Origin: Armatimonadota bacterium
Lineage (GTDB): Bacteria; Armatimonadota; SYMT01
NCBI GenBank assembly: GCA_046292385.1
Contig: JBKBRF010000005.1
Location: forward strand, 1-64,000
Length of the DNA: 64,000 nucleotides
Direction of reading: 5' to 3'
A program made the translations under genes and the position numbers. Of the stretch, positions 58,266-64,000 are shown piece by piece; the stretch's first letter is position 1, and the number at the start of each line of letters is the position of its first letter. The notes below the pieces were generated by a model. It saw nothing but the letters and a program-made list of their open reading frames with translations. It had not been told where the DNA came from and searched no databases.

Positions 58266-60140
58266 CTACTTCGGCCCGAGCACGATGGTGCCGCGCTTCA
58301 CGTCGTACTCCGCCTTCAGTTCCAGGGCCTTCTCCAGGAAGGAGATCGGGACGATGGTGCGGCCGCTGTCGATGTAGGCCTCTTTGTCCATCACCACGAC
58401 CACCTGGTTTACCCGGGCTTCCTTGCTGCCGATGACCAGCTTGATCTCGCGCAGGTCATTGGCGGCGCGGACCTCCTGGGTCTCGGGGTACCACACCACC
58501 ACGCCCCCGGTCTGCTCGAAGATCTGGCGGAACGGCGCGAGCGGCAGGCCGTTCTCGATGCGCGGGTTGACGTCGAACGCCACCTGCTGGTTGTTCATCA
58601 CCACTTCGAAGCTGCCGGGCACCTTGATCGTGGCGCCGGCCTGCAGGCTGCGGGCCTGCCGGATCCCGTTCGCCACCATCAGGGAGCGGGTGGTGACCCC
58701 CAGCTTCCGGGCCACGCCGGTCAGCGTGTCGCCCTTACGCACCTGGTAGGTCCGGTCCTTCGGGAGGGCCGGGCGCTTGGTTGCCGGGTTCACCTGGTAG
58801 ACTTCCACCGGAACGCGGCCTTCCTTGTCCGGCTTGGCATCCGGGTCTACCATCATCACCACCGGCGCGGAGCTCTCGATCCGCGGGCTCGGCAGGGCCG
58901 GCTTCGCCGGGATCGCCTTCGCCTGGAGGGTCGGCTTCGGCTTCACCGGAGCGGTCTCCTCCGGCTTGCGCTCGACGGGGGCCGACAGCACGGCCGGCTC
59001 GGCCGGCTCGACCTTGATCGCCGGCTCCGGCTTCACCGCCTTCTCCGGCGCGGCCGGCACGGTGGGCACCTCCGCGTTGGGGACGGAGGCGCGCGGACCG
59101 GCTAGACCGCTGCGCGAGCCGGGGCCGAACGGAACGAATTCGGGGCTGATCCCCTGGACCCGGTTCTTCGCGACGAGCGGACCGAGCGGCCGGTCGCCCG
59201 GAACGCGCACGCCGGGCTCGATGACCGGGCTGCCCGCGCCGCTGCCGGTAACCGGCTCGCCGTTCAGGCTCGGCGCACTCTTCAGCGGCATCTCGGCGCG
59301 CATCGAAGAAGGCGTGCCGCCCATCGGGATCGTGGCGGGGACCGGCTCGCCCTTCAGGTCCGCGTCCGGGAACGCCGGGCCGGCGCCGGGCTTCGTCGGG
59401 TCCGGCAGCGCCGGGGTGAGCCGGCCGGAGGTCGCCGGAACCACGTTCAGCGTCAGCGGACGGGCCGTGCCCTGGTTGTCGCTGCCGTCTACGGCAAAGG
59501 CGTCAAGCCGGAGCGTGCCGGTGCCCGTAGCCGGGTCGAGGAACTCCGCGGTGTTCAGGCGCAGGATGTAGGGGCGCTTGTTGGCGAAGAAGCGCGGCTG
59601 GCGGTTCACGAAGAGCGAGACGAGCGGCGCGCGCACGTCGTTGTCTTCCGCCAGCAGCTGGATGTCGATCTCGCCGGAGACGGTCTGACCGTCGATCAGG
59701 TCCTTGAACTGGAGCAGCGGCGGCACCAGGTCCGGCCCGCCCATCAGCCCGTTCTTCACCGTCACGCGGACCTCGTCCACCGCCAGCCGGCCCCGTGGGC
59801 CGTTGGCGACGATCTTGATCATGTGGACGCCGTCCGCCAGCATCCGGGTGTCGAGCTCCAGGTACTGAATGCCGCGCCGGCCGGGGCCGCTGAAGTCTCG
59901 GCTGTACTGGATCACGTCGTCCACGAAGACGGTGAACGCGTTGATCGGCATCCGCTCCGTGTTGTAGGCGATGCCGAGGGTGATTCGGCCGGCTACTAGG
60001 CTGTTGGGAACGGGCGTGCCGATCGCAATCTGCACCGGCGCCTCGCCGGGCGCGGCGTATGCCGGAAGGCCGCAGCCTATCGAGAGAAGCAGACCTGAGA
60101 CAACTGACCAGCCGTGCTTCCCCAAAGCTTTTCGGGGCAT
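58266..60140 (-). CDS. secreted LysM and copper-amine-oxidase N-terminal (stalk) domain protein with Ig-like N-terminus
   Basis: YQVRKGDTLTGVARKLGV LysM; PRIENG..LAPFRQIFE and GRTIVPISFLEKAL stalk repeats; LDTRMLADGVH Ig-like motif. Confidence 0.9.
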   Translation of the reverse strand: MPRKALGKHGWSVVSGLLLSIGCGLPAYAAPGEAPVQIAIGTPVPNSLVAGRITLGIAYNTERMPINAFTVFVDDVIQYSRDFSGPGRRGIQYLELDTRMLADGVHMIKIVANGPRGRLAVDEVRVTVKNGLMGGPDLVPPLLQFKDLIDGQTVSGEIDIQLLAEDNDVRAPLVSLFVNRQPRFFANKRPYILRLNTAEFLDPATGTGTLRLDAFAVDGSDNQGTARPLTLNVVPATSGRLTPALPDPTKPGAGPAFPDADLKGEPVPATIPMGGTPSSMRAEMPLKSAPSLNGEPVTGSGAGSPVIEPGVRVPGDRPLGPLVAKNRVQGISPEFVPFGPGSRSGLAGPRASVPNAEVPTVPAAPEKAVKPEPAIKVEPAEPAVLSAPVERKPEETAPVKPKPTLQAKAIPAKPALPSPRIESSAPVVMMVDPDAKPDKEGRVPVEVYQVNPATKRPALPKDRTYQVRKGDTLTGVARKLGVTTRSLMVANGIRQARSLQAGATIKVPGSFEVVMNNQQVAFDVNPRIENGLPLAPFRQIFEQTGGVVVWYPETQEVRAANDLREIKLVIGSKEARVNQVVVVMDKEAYIDSGRTIVPISFLEKALELKAEYDVKRGTIVLGPK

Positions 60141-60466
60141 CGTCTACCTCCTGCCTTGGGATGTCCGCCACCGGCGGACTTCGTTGAAAACTCGCACTCG
60201 AGCACCGTTCCGCGACCTGCGCCGGGCAGGCGCGAGGAGACCGGCGCGGGACTTCTGCGAAGGGGAAGGCGCTAGCGCGGAGAGGGAGACTCTCCGGATT
60301 AGAAGCGCCACTTCCGCCTGTTGTTCCTTACCGAGCGGCCAAACTCCTGCTCGTCCACCGAATAAACCCTCGATTTTTGTCGTATGGTTCGCTGCAGGTT
60401 CAGCAAAGGTTGCGAAGTGGGTAGCTCTTATGGAATCCGAGGCGCCGCGCTCCAGGTCCCGCCAGA

Positions 60467-61267
60467 ATGCCCTCGAAGGCTCCGCGCAAGCCGCCCGTCC
60501 CGAAGCTTCCTCGCTTCAGTCCCACGCGGCTCAATCTCTATCGCTTCTGCCCGCGCGCCTACTACTTCTATTACGTTCGTCGGCTCAGGTGGGGCGGAAT
60601 TACTGCCGGACATGCGTTCGGCGGCCACCTGCACCGCTCGCTCCAGGTGTTCCACGAGCGGGGCGGCCTCGATTCGGTCAGCCTGGAGGAGCTGGTGTCG
60701 GACCTCCGCTCCCGCTGGTCCGCAGCCGGATTTGCGGACCCGCAGGAGGCGCAGGCCCACCTGGAGGCCGGAGAGGAGGTTCTGCGCCGCTACTACTCGG
60801 CGGCCGCGGAGCCGGGGCGGGAGACGCTCTGGACGGAGCGGACGGTTCAGCACCGGTACGACGACTTCGTGCTTTTCGGGAAGGTCGACCGCCTCGACCG
60901 CCGCCCGGACGGCGGGCTGGAGGTGGTCGACTACAAGTCCGGCCGGCTCTCCGTCTGTGAGGAGGAGGTCCGCGAGAGCCTGGCGCTCCTGGTGTATCAG
61001 CTCCTGGTGGCGCGCGCCCATCCCGGCATGCCGGTCTACGCCGGCATCCTCTGCCTCCGCAGCGGCGCCGCGGCGGCGGTGCTGCGCACGCCGGAGGAGC
61101 TGGACGCGGCGGAGGCGGAGATCCAGGAGCTGGTGCGGACGATCCTGGCGGACGAGCGGATGGCGCCGATCCCGGGAGAGCAGTGCCGCGAGTGCGTTTA
61201 CCCACGGATCTGCCCTCCCGGCCGGCGGTGGCTGGAGACAAGCCGGAAGACGGAAGACGGAAGATGA
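60467..61267 (+). CDS. PD-(D/E)XK nuclease, RecB/AddB/Cas4-like, with four Fe-S cysteines
   Basis: FSPTRL..Y..CP, GGHLH, GKVDRLD, VVDYKSG, CRECVYPRIC. Confidence 0.9.
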   Translation: MPSKAPRKPPVPKLPRFSPTRLNLYRFCPRAYYFYYVRRLRWGGITAGHAFGGHLHRSLQVFHERGGLDSVSLEELVSDLRSRWSAAGFADPQEAQAHLEAGEEVLRRYYSAAAEPGRETLWTERTVQHRYDDFVLFGKVDRLDRRPDGGLEVVDYKSGRLSVCEEEVRESLALLVYQLLVARAHPGMPVYAGILCLRSGAAAAVLRTPEELDAAEAEIQELVRTILADERMAPIPGEQCRECVYPRICPPGRRWLETSRKTEDGR

Positions 61268-61297
61268 AAGAACCCTCTTCCCGGCGCGGCCTCGCGG

Positions 61298-61612
61298 CTA
61301 GCGTGCGCCCACGAGGGTGCGAATGTCCCGCTCCAGCTCGTCGGCGGCCCAGAGTCCGGAGTCGATCAGGCGGTCCAGGTCGTCGGTCTCCGGCTCCTGC
61401 GCGATCCGCTGCAGTGCCTCGCGCAGCTCCCCCAGCCAGCCGTGACGGTCGGCTTCGTTCGGCCGCGCGACCATCGACCAGGGCGCCGTCGCCACCTGCT
61501 GCAGCGCCTGCTGCGCGATCTCGCCGCGCTCTTCCCCCTCGACCCCGCGGATCTGACGGAACGCTTGTTGGGCCGCGTCGATCGCCTGGAGTACCTTTGC
61601 TTCTGCGTTCAT
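61298..61612 (-). CDS. small helical hypothetical protein
   Basis: GAGGAGG RBS before MNAEAKVLQ; amphipathic helices. Confidence 0.7.
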   Translation of the reverse strand: MNAEAKVLQAIDAAQQAFRQIRGVEGEERGEIAQQALQQVATAPWSMVARPNEADRHGWLGELREALQRIAQEPETDDLDRLIDSGLWAADELERDIRTLVGAR

Positions 61613-61751
61613 AGTCCCTCCTCTCGAGTACGAGAGTCCTCTTCCCCGCACGGCGCCAACCCACACGGGGAGCCCGCCTCCGCCGAAGGAATCGCGGCGT
61701 GCGGCCGTCAAGCTGGTGGTAGCAGCCCCTCGCCCGCCTTCTCGCCGATCT

Positions 61752-62765
61752 ATGTCTGCCTTCACGCTCCTTGTTACCGCCGCCGCGTTCCGGAACAGCG
61801 GCGCCCTCGTGGAAGCGCCGGTCCGCTCCGCCGGCGGCGAGCTGCTCTACCCCACCCGCATGGGACCGCTCTCCGCCTCCGAGCTGGCGCCGTGGCTGGC
61901 GCAGGCGGACGCCGTGATCGCCTCTACCGACGCCTACGTGGCGGACGCGCTCGACGCCGCGCCGCGCCTGCGAGCGGTCGTCCGCTGGGGCACGGGCTAC
62001 GAGTCGGTCGACGTAGCGGCCTGCACGGAGCGCGGCATCGTCGTCTGCAACACGCCGGGCCTCAACGTGGAGGCGGTGGCGGACCACGTCTTCGCGCTGA
62101 TGCTCTCCGCGGCGCGCCGGCTGCCGCACCAGTTCGCGGTGATCCGCTCCGGCGGCTGGGAGGAGGTGCGCGGGGTGGAGCTCTGGCGCAAGACGCTGGG
62201 GCTGGTTGGCTTCGGCGCGATCGGGCGCGCCGTGGCCCGGCGGGCGCGCGGCTTCGACTGCCGCGTGCTGGCCTACGACCCGCTCGTCCCGCCGGAGCGA
62301 CTGCGGGAGCTGGGCGCCGAGCCCGCCCCTCTGGACGAGCTGTTCTCGCATTCCGACTTCGTCTCGCTCCATGCCTCGCTCACGCCGGAGACCCGCGGGA
62401 TGGTGAACGAGGCGCTGCTGGCGCGGATGAAGCCGACCGCCTACCTCATCAACGCCTCGCGCGGCCCACTGGTGGAGGAGACGGCGCTGGTGCGGGCGCT
62501 GGAGGAGCGGCGGATCGCCGGCGCGGCGATCGACGTCTACACGCACGAGCCGCTGCCGCCGGAGCATCCGCTGCGGCACCTGCCGAGCTGTGTCGCCACG
62601 CCGCACAGCGCCTACAACACGGAGGAGGCATGCGCCGCCATCAACCGCGCCGTGGTGGAGCAGGCCCTCTCGGCGCTGCGCGGCGAGCGCCCCTCCTGCG
62701 CCCTGAACCCCGAGGTATTCGACCTCCCCCACTGCCGCGTCCGGACACCGTTGCTCAGCGCGTAG
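61752..62765 (+). CDS. phosphoglycerate-dehydrogenase-like 2-hydroxyacid dehydrogenase
   Basis: GLVGFGAIG, INASRG, DVYTHEP, TPHSA. Confidence 0.93.
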   Translation: MSAFTLLVTAAAFRNSGALVEAPVRSAGGELLYPTRMGPLSASELAPWLAQADAVIASTDAYVADALDAAPRLRAVVRWGTGYESVDVAACTERGIVVCNTPGLNVEAVADHVFALMLSAARRLPHQFAVIRSGGWEEVRGVELWRKTLGLVGFGAIGRAVARRARGFDCRVLAYDPLVPPERLRELGAEPAPLDELFSHSDFVSLHASLTPETRGMVNEALLARMKPTAYLINASRGPLVEETALVRALEERRIAGAAIDVYTHEPLPPEHPLRHLPSCVATPHSAYNTEEACAAINRAVVEQALSALRGERPSCALNPEVFDLPHCRVRTPLLSA

Positions 62766-63006
62766 CAGGGCCGGCAGGCAACGAAGCAGGTGCATGCGGC
62801 TCGTCGAAAGGGAGCGCGCACCGAGAGGGAGGCCGCGCAAGCTCGCGCGGCTCTTCCCTCGTGGTGATACTTCGTTCGTGAGGCATCCGGAGCACAGCGG
62901 GAGCCCTGCCGGAGAAAACCGGTGGAACCGGACCACTCCCGTTCGGTTCTAGCTCCCGGAAGCGGCCGCTTCCCGCCCCTCGGCTCGTCTCCCGGAGAGT
63001 CAACCA

Positions 63007-63600
63007 ATGAAACGCACCACCCTCATCGCCGCTCTCGTCGGCCTCGCCTGTCTCGTCCCCGCCGGCCTGCGGGCCCATGCCCAGGCGAAGGAGCAGCACG
63101 CCCGCAAGATGCTCTCGCGCCTGGCGCAGCGCCTGCCGAAAGCCTCCCTCTCTGCGGCGGCGACCGGCGGCCCGAGCGCGCAGCGCCACCGGAGCCGTGT
63201 CGGCACTGTCGCGCTGGAGATCACCGCCAGCGTCTTCGTCGACAGCGACGGCAGCGGCGACGACCTGACGTTCGGCGACACCTTCTCGCTCTTCGGCGCC
63301 ATCCTGAACAGCTCCGGCGCGGAGCTGGGTACGTGGGAGGCGACCGTCACGCTGACCACCGACTCGACGCCGCTGGGGGTCACCAACATGACCCTGCGCT
63401 TCTGGAACCAGGGCACGGTAGTAGTCTGCGGCTCGCCGTACCCGGACGGCGCCCGCCTGCGCGATTCGGTCGGCGACCGCGTCCCGCTCGCGCCGATCGT
63501 CGGGGCTACCGGCAAGCTCGGCTACCTCAAGAACACCGCCGCCGGCTTCGCCTTCGACGACAAGACGGGCCTGATCATCGTCGCCCTCGGAGCCCGCTAG
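63007..63600 (+). CDS. secreted hypothetical protein, possible dirigent/allene-oxide-cyclase-like beta barrel
   Basis: Signal peptide; GDTF.L.G.I...G.ELG and PIVGATG pattern. Confidence 0.65.
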   Translation: MKRTTLIAALVGLACLVPAGLRAHAQAKEQHARKMLSRLAQRLPKASLSAAATGGPSAQRHRSRVGTVALEITASVFVDSDGSGDDLTFGDTFSLFGAILNSSGAELGTWEATVTLTTDSTPLGVTNMTLRFWNQGTVVVCGSPYPDGARLRDSVGDRVPLAPIVGATGKLGYLKNTAAGFAFDDKTGLIIVALGAR

Positions 63601-63733
63601 AGGGCGCTCCGCTCGTCCGCGGCTGCGGTCGAGGGGAACGGGCCCAAACCGCAGTCCGGCTGCGGCGCGACAGGAGTAGAGTGACATCCAAGCGAACTGC
63701 CGCCTGGCTCTGACGGTCGAGGAGGCGCTGCGG

Positions 63734-64000
63734 ATGGCACGAAAGATCACTCCGTTTCTGATGTTCGAAGGCTCTGCGGAAGAGGCGATGACGTTCTACG
63801 TCGGCCTCTTCCCCCGCTCGGAGGTCCTGCAGATCCAGCGCTACGGTCCCGGCGAGGCCGGGGCCGAGGGAAGCGTGCACCTGGCCCGCTTTGTCCTGGC
63901 GGGCCAGGAGATACTCTGCATCGACAGCCCGGTCCCCCACGCCTTCACCTTCACTCCGGCCACGTCGCTCTTCGTCGACTGTGAGAGCGAGGCAGAGCTG
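63734..64000 (+). CDS. VOC/PhnB-like (3-demethylubiquinone-9 3-methyltransferase family) protein, truncated by window end
   Basis: MARKITPFLMFEGSAEEAMTFY...FTFTPATSLFVDCESEAEL. Confidence 0.9.
   Translation, partial: MARKITPFLMFEGSAEEAMTFYVGLFPRSEVLQIQRYGPGEAGAEGSVHLARFVLAGQEILCIDSPVPHAFTFTPATSLFVDCESEAEL

Noticed and set aside
60141..60466. c-di-AMP riboswitch upstream of the LysM gene
   Set aside because: No GCTGAATCC, GGGGTGAA or CAGCTAAC consensus arrangement

Overview
High-GC bacterial chromosomal segment, probably Armatimonadota. This is an inference from the [32 protein letters not shown] prepilin-like protein, a LysM plus copper-amine-oxidase-N stalk protein, the rplS-lepB-rnhB order, and Planctomycete-like DUF1080 and Tat Gfo/Idh/MocA genes. 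Housekeeping genes (rplS, lepB, rnhB, rnj, thiL, lysC, asnS, tRNA-Arg(CCG), pckA, maf, galK/galT) are interleaved with sugar enzymes (GH2, GH39-like), redox enzymes (type II SQR, DipZ-like redoxin, two 2-hydroxyacid dehydrogenases) and many secreted or membrane hypotheticals. I saw no integrase, transposase, CRISPR array or rRNA. The most striking unexplained feature is a non-coding element of about 575 nt (6977-7552) that pairs with itself along nearly its whole length as a rod with opposed hairpins (cruciform junctions). It lies directly downstream of co-oriented genes for RNase J and an ANTAR RNA-binding protein with a degenerate receiver domain, and is a candidate new large structured RNA or RNP module. 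Also notable are a GH39-like protein whose catalytic WNEP motif reads WSHP, a modular family of dispersed intergenic repeats (one with perfect 20-bp terminal inverted repeats), a low-GC secreted-protein islet, and a rhomboid/Zn-finger membrane operon. All product calls come from motif recognition by eye; no database search was run.
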